Source: a virus
Length of the DNA: 64,000 nt
Reading direction: 5' to 3' (one strand)
IMG/VR virus record: IMGVR_UViG_3300027969_002350
Span: 26,494-90,493 of that record
This document shows, piece after piece, positions 7,429-17,167 of this stretch. The position numbers were made by a program, and so were the translations under genes. The first letter of the stretch is position 1. Every line of letters begins with the position of its first letter. The notes beneath the pieces are model-generated. The model ran no database searches. It was not told the DNA's origin and worked only from the letters and a program-made list of their open reading frames with translations.

Positions 7429-8544
7429 ATGGCAAAAGTAAATAAAGGCGGAGTCGGCGAACCCCGTACAGTAAAGATAACAGAAGCAAAGCGTCTCGTT
7501 CGCCATGCTATGAAGAAAAAACGTCCAGTGTTCCTTTGGGGTCCTCCAGGCGTGGGTAAATCCGACCTTGCCGCTCAGTTGGCAGATGAAATGGGCGGAG
7601 CACTAATTGACGTTCGTTTGAACTTGTGGGAACCTACAGACATTAAAGGTATCCCTTACTATAACGCAAAAGAAAATGTAATGAGCTGGGCTCCTCCAGC
7701 AGAACTGCCCACTAAAGAGTTTGCCGCAAAGCATCCTGTGGTAGTGCTATTCCTAGACGAGCTTGCAGGTGCGGCTCCTGCTGTACAGGCCGCGGCTTAC
7801 CAACTTATCCTTAACCGCAAGGTAGGTACATACGAACTGCCAGACAATGTTGTTATTATGGCGGCAGGTAACCGTATGACAGACAAGGGTGTAACTTATC
7901 GTATGCCTACTCCGCTAGCTAACCGCTTTGTTCACTTTGAACTTCGTGTAGACTTTGCAGACTGGAATGTTTGGGCATTACAAAACCGTATCCACCCGGA
8001 CGTGGTAGGTTACCTTAACTACCAAAAAGCAGACCTGTACAACTTTGATCCTACAGTACACGACCGCAGTTTTGCCACTCCACGTAGTTGGATGTTCGTC
8101 AGCGACTTGCTTGATGACGACATGACAGACAACGAGCAGACAGATACTGTAGCAGGTTGTGTTGGTGAAGGTCTTGCTATTAAGTTTATGGCACACCGTA
8201 AGATTGCCGCAGACTTGCCTACTCCTACAGACGTGCTGTCTGGTAAAGTTAAAGAACTAAAGACTAAAGAAATTAGTGCTATGTATTCTTTGACAACTGG
8301 TATGTGCTACGAGCTCAAAGACAACTACGAGACTGCTAAAAAGGCAGGTAAGCTAGACACATGGCATACTAACTGTGAAAACTTTATCCAGTTTATGATG
8401 GATAATTTTGAGGCAGAGATGGTTATTATGGGTGCCCATACAGCACTTAAGAATTACAACTTGCCCTTTGACCACAAGAAGCTTAAGAACTTTCCAGACT
8501 TCTTTAAACGCTACGCTCACTTGGTAGTGGATGTCAGTAACTAA
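7429..8544 (+). CDS. MoxR-like AAA+ ATPase
   Basis: Walker A GPPGVGKS, Walker B LFLDE, AAGN sensor, LANRF arginine finger, TPRSW. Confidence 0.92.
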   Translation: MAKVNKGGVGEPRTVKITEAKRLVRHAMKKKRPVFLWGPPGVGKSDLAAQLADEMGGALIDVRLNLWEPTDIKGIPYYNAKENVMSWAPPAELPTKEFAAKHPVVVLFLDELAGAAPAVQAAAYQLILNRKVGTYELPDNVVIMAAGNRMTDKGVTYRMPTPLANRFVHFELRVDFADWNVWALQNRIHPDVVGYLNYQKADLYNFDPTVHDRSFATPRSWMFVSDLLDDDMTDNEQTDTVAGCVGEGLAIKFMAHRKIAADLPTPTDVLSGKVKELKTKEISAMYSLTTGMCYELKDNYETAKKAGKLDTWHTNCENFIQFMMDNFEAEMVIMGAHTALKNYNLPFDHKKLKNFPDFFKRYAHLVVDVSN

Positions 8545-8860
8545 GACAAACAAAGAAGGGGACTTGATCCCTTTCTTGCCTAATACAGTTGACTTGGTAT
8601 ATGGTGGCATGGACTATGCTAGAAGTGTGTTTGGTACAGCAAAAATCTCCAGAACACTGATAGTAAACTATTTTGACAATGCCAGACGTACATGGCCCAA
8701 TGCAGATATACCTCATGGCTTCAGTAGGTATTCTGTGACAAGTTGGTGTAAGGAACGTGGCATCAAACCTTTGCACTACTATACACCAATGTCAGAGAGA
8801 ACAGTTTGGTTTAGGGAAGAGTCAGACTTATTTGCATTTAAACTAAGGTTTGGAATCTAA
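8531..8860 (+). CDS. Hypothetical protein inserted between the AAA+ and VWA genes
   Basis: 109 aa; overlaps the AAA+ stop; ends immediately before a promoter cassette. Confidence 0.7.
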   Translation: MSVTKTNKEGDLIPFLPNTVDLVYGGMDYARSVFGTAKISRTLIVNYFDNARRTWPNADIPHGFSRYSVTSWCKERGIKPLHYYTPMSERTVWFREESDLFAFKLRFGI

Positions 8861-8889
8861 TTGACATTAAATAAGTTTATGTGTATAAT
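8861..8889 (+). promoter_or_regulatory. Sigma70 early promoter (copy 8)
   Basis: TTGACAttaaataagtttatgtgTATAAT. Confidence 0.85.
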
Positions 8890-8910
8890 AGATACATACA
8901 GGAGCACAAT

Positions 8911-10104
8911 ATGAAATTCACAACAAAAGATAGACTTACTAAAGCCCGTGTTAAGATGTTGCTTAAACATCCTTTCTGGGGTAACTTGGCAACTCGTCTT
9001 AAAATGGTAGAGAACAGCGAGTGGTTGACAACTGCCGCTACAGATGGTCGCCACTTTTACTATTGTGAAAAGTTTATTGAAAGTCTAGACGACGAGGAAC
9101 TAGTGTTCTTGTTTGGACACGAAGTTGGTCACATTGTCTATGACCACATGGGACGCCGTGGAGACCGAGATCCGCAATTATGGAACATGGCCGGAGACTA
9201 TCTTATCAACGACATGCTTATCCAAAACAATGTAGGCAAAAAGATTACCAAGGTGCCAATCCTTTGGGATCCTAAATTCCGTGACATGACAGCAGAAGAA
9301 GTCTATGACGACTTGTTTAAGAACGCTGTTAAGATCCAAGTTACTTTGGACATGCACATGGACGGCAGTGGCGAAGAAGGTGAAGACGGTAAAGGCAGTG
9401 ACGGCAAGTCTAAGTCAAGTGGTATTAAGATTGACGAAGAGACTGCCAAGAAGATGCGTGACGAGATGAAAGAAGCTATCCTGCAAAGTGCTCAGGCCGC
9501 AGGTGCAGGTAACGTTCCGGCAGGCATTAAACGTCTTATTAATAACTTTACTGCTCCTAAGATGCGCTGGCAAGACCTGTTGCGTATCCAATTGGAATCT
9601 AGTCTTAAAAGTAATTATAGTTTTATGCGTCCCAGCCGTAAGGGTTGGCATACAGGTGCAGTACTGCCGGGTATGTTGCCAGCAGAAGAATTGGATGTAG
9701 TAATTGGTATTGACATGTCTGGCAGTATTAGCCAAGAGATGGCACAAGACTTCTTATCAGAAGTTAAAGGCATGATGGATTTGTATCCTACTTACAAAAT
9801 CCATGTATTCTGTTTTGATACAGAAGTGTACAATCCTGTGACGTTCAGCGATGACTATGGAGATGACATTAGTACATACGAAACAATGGGTGGCGGCGGA
9901 ACTGACTTTGACGCTTGCTTCCGTTACATGAAGGAAGAAGACATTAATCCAAAACAATTTATTATGTTTACAGACGGCTACCCATACGACAGTTGGGGTG
10001 ACGAAAACTACTGCGACACGTTATTTGTTGTACATGGCAATGAACAGATAGAAGCACCATTTGGTGTAACAGCACATTATACTTTTGACAACGAAACTGT
10101 ATAA
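8911..10104 (+). CDS. Metallopeptidase-like (HExxH) plus VWA domain protein (DUF2201-like)
   Basis: TAATDG, HEVGH, MIDAS DMSGS, GGGTDF, FTDG; AGGAG RBS before ATG 8911. Confidence 0.9.
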   Translation: MKFTTKDRLTKARVKMLLKHPFWGNLATRLKMVENSEWLTTAATDGRHFYYCEKFIESLDDEELVFLFGHEVGHIVYDHMGRRGDRDPQLWNMAGDYLINDMLIQNNVGKKITKVPILWDPKFRDMTAEEVYDDLFKNAVKIQVTLDMHMDGSGEEGEDGKGSDGKSKSSGIKIDEETAKKMRDEMKEAILQSAQAAGAGNVPAGIKRLINNFTAPKMRWQDLLRIQLESSLKSNYSFMRPSRKGWHTGAVLPGMLPAEELDVVIGIDMSGSISQEMAQDFLSEVKGMMDLYPTYKIHVFCFDTEVYNPVTFSDDYGDDISTYETMGGGGTDFDACFRYMKEEDINPKQFIMFTDGYPYDSWGDENYCDTLFVVHGNEQIEAPFGVTAHYTFDNETV

Positions 10105-10118
10105 GTTTAAATAGGACC

Positions 10119-11057
10119 TCAGCGTTCTATTTTTTTGAGTATTTCTTTTATCTTAGCAGTATGCACTAGGTTAATATTATCTCGCAAGTGTGCATAAGAA
10201 ATGCCGGGATTTAAATCAAATACACTACAGATATATGTTATATCCTTCTTTACTTTTTCTAACATGATATTTTGAGAATAACTTAATTCAAAATTAGGAT
10301 ATGCAAGTTGTATCTGTTCGATATTTTTATTAAAAATTAAATCATACATATCTATGTTACGGTATCCCGGCATATCTTTTACCAGTCGACGCCCAAAGGA
10401 TTTTATCCTGTTGTTCCATTCATTTTTATAAAATTTTTGGGTAGCAATAGGATCATTGTGTAACTGTTGTTCTATTGGTATTTCTGGCTTGTCTATTGTG
10501 TAATAAAATTTTTTGTAATACATTAAAATATCAACTAACCACATTTTATCAAAAGAAAATTGGCAATAAATTTTTTGTTTCCAATTTAAATTATTGATAA
10601 GAGGATTTGTATTTTCATAATGGCATTTTAAATGTGTAAACTTTAAATCGTTGACGTCAAATAATGGCTCTATCTCTGCTAGTTCAAGTAATTGTTCAGG
10701 TGAATATTTCATCGAAGTAGGATGAATTTGTTCATAGTGTCCATGTTCTCTAACTAGAGGTTCAGTTAACTGGTATATTACATAAATTAACGCCTTATCA
10801 TATTCATCTCCATGATATTTTTCTTTTAATAATGAAGTGTGATCATTTATATATTTTTTATAATAATTATGGTTGCTGCCATTTTCTAAATATTCCAATG
10901 TTCTATCCCAATTAAACCATTCTAAATTAGGCCATTGATTTTTATCGCGTATAAAATTAGCGTCTTCAATGAACCGCATAAAGAACGCCCCCATTGCACC
11001 GCCTACCCACATTACCGGAGTTAAATTATTAATTAATAGTTCATGATTTTTGTTCAT
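10119..11057 (-). CDS. Hypothetical protein (AT-rich, late-promoter driven)
   Basis: Long ORF; start reassigned to ATG 11057 after TATAAATA-aaagc. Confidence 0.7.
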   Translation of the reverse strand: MNKNHELLINNLTPVMWVGGAMGAFFMRFIEDANFIRDKNQWPNLEWFNWDRTLEYLENGSNHNYYKKYINDHTSLLKEKYHGDEYDKALIYVIYQLTEPLVREHGHYEQIHPTSMKYSPEQLLELAEIEPLFDVNDLKFTHLKCHYENTNPLINNLNWKQKIYCQFSFDKMWLVDILMYYKKFYYTIDKPEIPIEQQLHNDPIATQKFYKNEWNNRIKSFGRRLVKDMPGYRNIDMYDLIFNKNIEQIQLAYPNFELSYSQNIMLEKVKKDITYICSVFDLNPGISYAHLRDNINLVHTAKIKEILKKIER

Positions 11058-11062
11058 GCTTT

Positions 11063-11120
11063 TATTTATATTTGACAAAGTGCAAATCTTAATGTATAAT
11101 AAGAACATATGCTATAAATA
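11063..11120. promoter_or_regulatory. Divergent promoter region: minus TATAAATA (11063-11070), plus sigma70 promoter (11072-11100), plus TATAAATA (11113-11120)
   Basis: Exact consensus matches TTGACA-N17-TATAAT and two TATAAATA copies. Confidence 0.75.
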
Positions 11121-11159
11121 AAATAGGTATATAATATATCAACCTTAAGGAGAATTTAA

Positions 11160-11426
11160 ATGAACTTGACAGATCTATCTACACTACTAGCCGCAATTGA
11201 TATCGCAGTTAAACGTGGTGCTTTCAGCGTACTAGAGATTGGTGCAGTTGGAGAAACAGCTACTAAGCTAAACAACTTCTTGCTAGAAGCTAAAAAGCAA
11301 CAAGAAGAAGCCGCTGCCGCCCAAGCCGCAGAAGCACCTGCTGATGCCGCGCCAGAAGCACCTGCTGATGCCGCGCCAGAAGCACCTGCTGAAGTTGTTG
11401 CAGAAGCTCCGGTAGAACAAGCCTAA
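11160..11426 (+). CDS. Small hypothetical protein with Ala/Pro/Glu tail
   Basis: TAAGGAG RBS; IDIAVKRGAF motif. Confidence 0.85.
   Translation: MNLTDLSTLLAAIDIAVKRGAFSVLEIGAVGETATKLNNFLLEAKKQQEEAAAAQAAEAPADAAPEAPADAAPEAPAEVVAEAPVEQA
11329..11392 (+). repeat. 24-nt coding tandem repeat (~2.7 copies, EAPADAAP)
   Basis: CAGAAGCACCTGCTGATGCCGCGC repeated exactly twice plus a partial third copy. Confidence 0.9.
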
Positions 11427-11439
11427 TTAGGAATTAACT

Positions 11440-12021
11440 ATGCCTAAGTTTACTAAACACGTAGGGCAAGTTGTTAGCACAGGTAAGAAGTGTGTTGTTG
11501 TATTTAGAACAATACCTAATGACACAACTTCTTGCCTTGTTATACAAACTGAAGATATTCCCAATCTTTATCACGACGACCTAATTAATGCGGTCGAAAG
11601 TGATACAGCTCAAGAGAATATGGACTTCTTTAAATATGCTCAACGTACACAATTCCATGATGGAAGAACTATCCTAGAAGGTAGTCATCAAAGTGGTTGG
11701 ATGAAAAAGTTTCTAACTACTGAGATTATGATGCTACCAACTTTAGAACATAAAATTCTACTCAGCGATCTTAATCAACAATTAGATCAAGCAGGTAGAA
11801 CAACTAGTGGTGATATCAGTCAACCCGCACCAGAAGGCAAGCCTGCCGGTATACTAGATGAAAAAGATATCGCTAATCAAATGCGTGGGCAAGCTGCCTT
11901 CTTCCGTAAGGAAGCAGAACGTTTACTCAAAGAAGCAAATGATTTAGATCCAACTGCGGCAACTGCCCAGCAGGTTGCTGAGGCTCCTGCGCCTAAGCGA
12001 GCATACAACAAAAAAAAGTAA
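11440..12021 (+). CDS. Hypothetical phage protein (KHVG...VVFRTIP)
   Basis: AGGA RBS; 193 aa. Confidence 0.85.
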   Translation: MPKFTKHVGQVVSTGKKCVVVFRTIPNDTTSCLVIQTEDIPNLYHDDLINAVESDTAQENMDFFKYAQRTQFHDGRTILEGSHQSGWMKKFLTTEIMMLPTLEHKILLSDLNQQLDQAGRTTSGDISQPAPEGKPAGILDEKDIANQMRGQAAFFRKEAERLLKEANDLDPTAATAQQVAEAPAPKRAYNKKK

Positions 12022-12037
12022 GTAAGGAACCCGAGTC

Positions 12038-12361
12038 ATGGCTATTAGGAAAAAGGATAGAAGTTTTGAAGAAATCCTTAAAGATGTTGTCATGGAAGAA
12101 GTTCCTATAGAATACATAACACACATTCAACTTAAACTTATAACCGGAGATGTTCTTGAATTTAATCAAGAAGAATTAGCAGGCTTAAAAGATGCCGGTG
12201 AAATTCTTAAAGCACAGGGCTTAGAGCACTTGCGTGATAATATTCAAGACATCGAGGTTTTTATTGACAGCAGTAAAATCAAGAATCGCGTCATAAAGTA
12301 TGTACGTGGTATACTAACCAGCCAATTCGGCGAAGAGAATGACACTAAGAACAGAAATTAA
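12038..12361 (+). CDS. Hypothetical phage protein
   Basis: TAAGGA RBS; overlaps the thyX start. Confidence 0.8.
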   Translation: MAIRKKDRSFEEILKDVVMEEVPIEYITHIQLKLITGDVLEFNQEELAGLKDAGEILKAQGLEHLRDNIQDIEVFIDSSKIKNRVIKYVRGILTSQFGEENDTKNRN

Positions 12362-13223
12362 TTTTGAAACAGATAAAAACTATCTTCCAGTATTGGATCA
12401 TGGTTTTGTAGGTCTTGTTGACCATATGGGCAGTGATAACGCCATCGTTCAAGCCGCTCGTGTTAGTTATGGTGCTGGCACAAAACAAGTTCAAGATGAC
12501 CGCAACTTAATCCGGTATCTAATGCGTCATGAACATACAACACCATTTGAAATGTGCGAAGTAAAGTTCCACATTAAACTTCCTATCTTTGTTATGCGAC
12601 AACTTGTACGGCATCGTACAGCCAGCATGAATGAATATAGTGCTCGCTATAGTGTGCTTACAGATGAGTTCTACATTCCAGAGTTTGAACAAATACAAAA
12701 GCAAAGCACAACTAACAAGCAAGGCAGAGAAGAAAGTGCCTGGGGCTTTGATGAGAAGCGTAGCGTACAACATGCTTTCCAACGTAGCTTTCATAATGCA
12801 TACAAAGAATATGCAAGTTTGCTGGGCAAGGAAGATTCTGGACTGGCACGTGAGCTTGCTAGGAGTGTGCTTCCAGTAGGCGGATATACAGAATTGTATT
12901 GGAAAGCCAACTTAAAGAACTTTCTGCACATGGCTCGCTTACGCATGGATCCACACGCTCAATGGGAGATCCGAGAGTTTGCAGGCGCTATGTATGACTT
13001 AGTTAAGCCATTATTTCCAGAGGCATGTACTGCATTTGAAGACTACGCTGTTAACTCAGTGAAGCTAAGTGCTGGAGAGTACGAGCTAGTTAAGAATTTA
13101 ATTAGTCATGCTAAATGGGCTTCGTTAGTCGAGCAATACGGCAATGACGAAAAAGCACTGGGCGCAGACGCAGGACTTGGTGTTCGTGAACTTAAAGAGT
13201 TTAAAGATAAATTAGGTCTGTAA
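12339..13223 (+). CDS. thyX: FAD-dependent thymidylate synthase
   Basis: AARVSY, HTTPFE, signature RHRTASMNEYSARY, ELARSVLP, HAQWEIR. Confidence 0.97.
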   Translation: MTLRTEINFETDKNYLPVLDHGFVGLVDHMGSDNAIVQAARVSYGAGTKQVQDDRNLIRYLMRHEHTTPFEMCEVKFHIKLPIFVMRQLVRHRTASMNEYSARYSVLTDEFYIPEFEQIQKQSTTNKQGREESAWGFDEKRSVQHAFQRSFHNAYKEYASLLGKEDSGLARELARSVLPVGGYTELYWKANLKNFLHMARLRMDPHAQWEIREFAGAMYDLVKPLFPEACTAFEDYAVNSVKLSAGEYELVKNLISHAKWASLVEQYGNDEKALGADAGLGVRELKEFKDKLGL

Positions 13224-13766
13224 AGGATCTACACTAAGTTCATTAATGTGAACTCCTGCAGGCTGCGAGATTATCCATTTGATATAATCAGCAGCCTGTT
13301 TTGTTGGCATTGTTTTCCTGTCAGGATGCTTGGTTTGATTATTAGATAAAGTACCAAAGCTAATCAATGTAACTTTGGGATTAGTTGCCCACACACCAGT
13401 CATACCCAAACTGTTAGCATAATCACGTAATGCTTTCTTTTCAGCATTATATAACCAATCTGTTGCTTTCATAACCCTATCAGTTGTACTACCAACACAA
13501 ATTATTAAAGTTTGTTTGTTTTCTGTTTTAAGTTTTTTGTATACTGCTTCAAGTAACAATGTTTGATTGAACTTCCACAATGCACTATTAATAATGACTA
13601 TATCGTAATCAATACTCATATCAGCAAATACTTGTTGGTGTTCTGCTTTAGTTAGATCTAACTTATGAGTTGTTCTACTTACAAAAGTAAGGTCATGTCC
13701 TGTTAGCTCTGTGTTAAGAGCTTCTGCTAATCCATACGCTGGATTACCTGATATTAATATTTTCAT
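13212..13766 (-). CDS. Short-chain dehydrogenase/reductase-like protein
   Basis: N-terminal Rossmann ILISGNPAYGLA, INSA, YxxxK (YNAEK). Confidence 0.75.
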   Translation of the reverse strand: MKILISGNPAYGLAEALNTELTGHDLTFVSRTTHKLDLTKAEHQQVFADMSIDYDIVIINSALWKFNQTLLLEAVYKKLKTENKQTLIICVGSTTDRVMKATDWLYNAEKKALRDYANSLGMTGVWATNPKVTLISFGTLSNNQTKHPDRKTMPTKQAADYIKWIISQPAGVHINELSVDPLQT

Positions 13767-14494
13767 AATTTATTTATTTCTTCCATATCGTAATATACGT
13801 TAACGTCTGTTTTTGGACAATGATCAAAAACAGAAATATCAATTTCAATGTTGTTACCTTGCATTATTTTTTTAATCAAATCAAATAATACAAAATTATT
13901 TTCGTCTGATAAATGATTTTGTAATCTATCTTCTCGTTCAAAATGCATACCTTTGTGCGGAATATTGTAAAATTCTCTTTCTAACTCGTTTACCATGCCT
14001 AAATTAAATTCGTCAGCACAATTAATATACGGATTAGAATTTCTAGTTCTACTCTCAACCATACACGGTAGCATAATTAATTTAATATTATGTTCTGCAC
14101 ATACGTTTATAATTTTTTCAATTATAGCATCGTGAACAAATATATCAAACTCGTCAGTTTGAAGGTACTTATAATATTGTTCTGCTGCCTTAATATGTTT
14201 ATAATACATCTTTGTTTCGATGTTTGGCATGCTTAATTGATGTTCAACTACAAACAAATTGCAAATGCACATATCTACAGGAACATCGGTATAAAGTCTT
14301 CCAGGCGCAGTAATTGTAAAAATAACAGTATCGTAATCTTGATAGTTTTTTATAAAATGTTGATATGCGTGGAACAAACTTGTGCCTGGTTCTGAGTGAT
14401 TAATGGCATTTCCAAATTCGTTGTGCAATAATGTTGTCCAACTAGTTGGACCATTGCTTCCTGAAAAACTATCTCCAAAAATCCCTATTTTCAT
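13763..14494 (-). CDS. SGNH/GDSL-fold hydrolase or acyltransferase-like protein
   Basis: N-terminal IFGDSF, PGTS, C-terminal NHL. Confidence 0.6.
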   Translation of the reverse strand: MKIGIFGDSFSGSNGPTSWTTLLHNEFGNAINHSEPGTSLFHAYQHFIKNYQDYDTVIFTITAPGRLYTDVPVDMCICNLFVVEHQLSMPNIETKMYYKHIKAAEQYYKYLQTDEFDIFVHDAIIEKIINVCAEHNIKLIMLPCMVESRTRNSNPYINCADEFNLGMVNELEREFYNIPHKGMHFEREDRLQNHLSDENNFVLFDLIKKIMQGNNIEIDISVFDHCPKTDVNVYYDMEEINKL

Positions 14495-15804
14495 TTAAAT
14501 AACCTTGTGTATTCTGGTGCAATATTTAATATGCTATGTCCACGTGCTTGATCCAAATACTTTGTAAACTTGACGAACTCGGGAAGTTTATCACTGTAGT
14601 CAGCACCTAACATGTATTTTGTAATACTGTTTAGTATGTTTTCTGCGTTCTTTGCAATGTCTTCTGGATACTCTGCTTTAAACTCAGCAATACATTTAGC
14701 ATAGTAGTCGACAATTTCTTGTTTCATGTCTGCAGGTAAAACACGAACGTTAACACGTTTTGGTCCGTGTGCTACATGATGTGTAATAATAGGACGCTTC
14801 TTTGTGCTATTGATCTTAGTAAAGCCACTGCTGTCTAGCTTCCATTTCATAAAACGAGGAACGTGCCAAATATTGTATGCTGTTACTGTACAGGCCATCC
14901 AGGCCATAATGTTTGGATTCTTTTCTGCATATTCGTCTAATTTCTGCAAGTTCTTGTATGCCTGTGTCCACTTTAAAGGCCAACGCTGATATTCAACTGT
15001 TTCGCCCATGCCGTCCATACTGGCACCAACACGCACTTGTTTAAACTGTGTCCACATATCTAATACACGCTGTGGCAGGTTACTCATGTTAGTGTTATAC
15101 TCAATGATCATCTTCTTACTTTGACCAGCATCAATGCATTTTTGCAAAAACTCATAATGACGTTCAATCATCATTGGTTCTCCGCCGGCCATATAAACAT
15201 GCTTGATGTTTGGAATGTTAGCTTCTATCTGTGTCCAAAATGATTCACTGTTGTGCCAGTCATAGTCAGTAGTAGATAGTCTGCCACTATCATTGCGCTC
15301 TAATTTAACTGTACCGTGCGTATCTTTGTATTCATCACTGCCATGATATTCAGTCCATTGTTCATACCAAGTGTGACTATCAGTAGGGCCGCACATACGG
15401 CAAGCAAGATTACATAAATTACCAAAACGCAAGTCGTAGTATTCTAAGTTTCTATTTTTAACCGAGCCATCTTCTTCTGTTATATAGCGAGCATCATCTA
15501 TACTAAACTTCCAGTTTTCTAATTCGTATTGTCTGCGACTGTTAAGTCCACTGGCCTCTTCTTGTTGGCATCGGCCACATTCTTGACTCCATTCTCCCAC
15601 TAGCATATTCTTGCGAACTTCTTTCATTAGTGTAGCATTACGAGCAGTTTCCATATTGTCTCTGCCAGCATTATATGGAGTGCCATCTTCGTGTCTAACT
15701 ACACCTTGATTCTCAGTTACATTGGCTTGACAGCATATACGAATGTCGCCATTATTTCGAACAGCTTGGAAGTTCCATGGTATAGGACAAAATGTATTAG
15801 TCAT
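14491..15804 (-). CDS. Radical SAM protein with N-terminal twitch-like domain
   Basis: FCPIPW..ICC..CGRC; CNLACRMC; GGEP; YNTN. Confidence 0.92.
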   Translation of the reverse strand: MTNTFCPIPWNFQAVRNNGDIRICCQANVTENQGVVRHEDGTPYNAGRDNMETARNATLMKEVRKNMLVGEWSQECGRCQQEEASGLNSRRQYELENWKFSIDDARYITEEDGSVKNRNLEYYDLRFGNLCNLACRMCGPTDSHTWYEQWTEYHGSDEYKDTHGTVKLERNDSGRLSTTDYDWHNSESFWTQIEANIPNIKHVYMAGGEPMMIERHYEFLQKCIDAGQSKKMIIEYNTNMSNLPQRVLDMWTQFKQVRVGASMDGMGETVEYQRWPLKWTQAYKNLQKLDEYAEKNPNIMAWMACTVTAYNIWHVPRFMKWKLDSSGFTKINSTKKRPIITHHVAHGPKRVNVRVLPADMKQEIVDYYAKCIAEFKAEYPEDIAKNAENILNSITKYMLGADYSDKLPEFVKFTKYLDQARGHSILNIAPEYTRLFK

Positions 15805-17167
15805 TTATTCTTCCCTTGTATTCTATTGTATCTACTATTCGTTTCCATAAATCAGGCAAGTTTCTTCTTAAGTCTTGTCCTCTTATTTTATCCAAGTCTG
15901 CTGTATATTCAACAAAAAGTTTTAATTGTTCCTTATCGACTTCTTCTTTGGCATGTAATGCATTTACTACGTTAGTATAAATCCTATACAATCCTAGTTC
16001 GGCTAGCCATTTTTTGTCATGGTCAACATCACTGTTATTCATTTGTTCCAATAAAGTATCTCTGTGCGTTACTAACTTATGCACTAGTAACTTTTTTGCA
16101 GGATATAGTGTTGGGCTTAGATATTTTGGATCATATAAAATATTAATAATCATAGTAGTAAAATCTGAGCCGTAATATCTAACTAGTACATCCCACCATT
16201 CTTTATTAGATATTTCTTTTTGTAAAGCAAACCACCACTCTAACATTTTATGAAATGTCCATACATTAAAAATACTTAATACAGGAGCCCATTTAATGTA
16301 TATACGTTCTGGATCATCTTTTTCTGTTATTAACCATTCTCTTACTGATGCTTCTACAATGTTCCATTCACTAGGAAATCGGATATAATCATTGACTGGG
16401 CCCACGCCATCGACGCTTAGATTAACAATAACTTTTTTAAATTGTTTAAGACGGCTTAATACTTTTTCTTTTGGTACCCAGCTTGCATTAGAAAAGATGT
16501 CTAGTATGATTTGATCCTGTCGTCCTGTAGATATAATCATATCGATTGCTTCAATAAAATTAGGATGCAACATTGGTTCGCCTCCTGTAAATTTAATTTC
16601 TTCAACATCCCTAAAGTCTTCGATGTCCCAGTTATTATCAACGTTAATAACTGTTTTATGAAATTTTCTATCCGAATAATACGACGCAAGTTTATTGTCG
16701 TCATCGTACCATGTAGTACTTAAACTACCATTACAAGTCCTGCATTTTAAATTACAGTGATTACCAAACGCTAGTTCAATATATCTAATTTTATTTTTTT
16801 GATTAGGATCAGCAAGTTGCTCTTGGTTGTTTTCATTCCACATCAAATTTGCTTTTTCTCGCATACTTTTATTTTTTCGACGAGCATTTTTAACTTCTGG
16901 TAGTGTACTAGTTTCTTCTTGATAACATTTTCTACAGCCTGGAACTGGTTTGCCAGCAATAATAGTTTGTCTAATTTCTTCCCACTCGGGCGAGTTTAAT
17001 GCCCCAGTAAAAGAAATATTATCAACATTGAACTTGTCAAATTTAAATTCGTTACCTTTAACTTTATAGTCAGGATGTTTAATATCAAAACGGCAGCAAG
17101 GTTTTATTTCTCCTGCTGGTTTAGTTTGAAGATGTATCCATGGGAGAATACAAAAAACATTACTCAT
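15797..17167 (-). CDS. Radical SAM protein with N-terminal twitch-like domain
   Basis: FCILPW..PCC..CRKC; CNLKCRTC; GGEP. Start at 17167 with AGGAG RBS. Confidence 0.92.
   Translation of the reverse strand: MSNVFCILPWIHLQTKPAGEIKPCCRFDIKHPDYKVKGNEFKFDKFNVDNISFTGALNSPEWEEIRQTIIAGKPVPGCRKCYQEETSTLPEVKNARRKNKSMREKANLMWNENNQEQLADPNQKNKIRYIELAFGNHCNLKCRTCNGSLSTTWYDDDNKLASYYSDRKFHKTVINVDNNWDIEDFRDVEEIKFTGGEPMLHPNFIEAIDMIISTGRQDQIILDIFSNASWVPKEKVLSRLKQFKKVIVNLSVDGVGPVNDYIRFPSEWNIVEASVREWLITEKDDPERIYIKWAPVLSIFNVWTFHKMLEWWFALQKEISNKEWWDVLVRYYGSDFTTMIINILYDPKYLSPTLYPAKKLLVHKLVTHRDTLLEQMNNSDVDHDKKWLAELGLYRIYTNVVNALHAKEEVDKEQLKLFVEYTADLDKIRGQDLRRNLPDLWKRIVDTIEYKGRIND

Noticed and set aside
4908-8889. 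Regularly recurring ~25-nt repeats as a CRISPR array or attC sites
   Set aside because: The repeats are sigma70 promoters, spacing is irregular (about 190-1500 nt), the intervals are ORFs, and no cas or integrase gene is in the window
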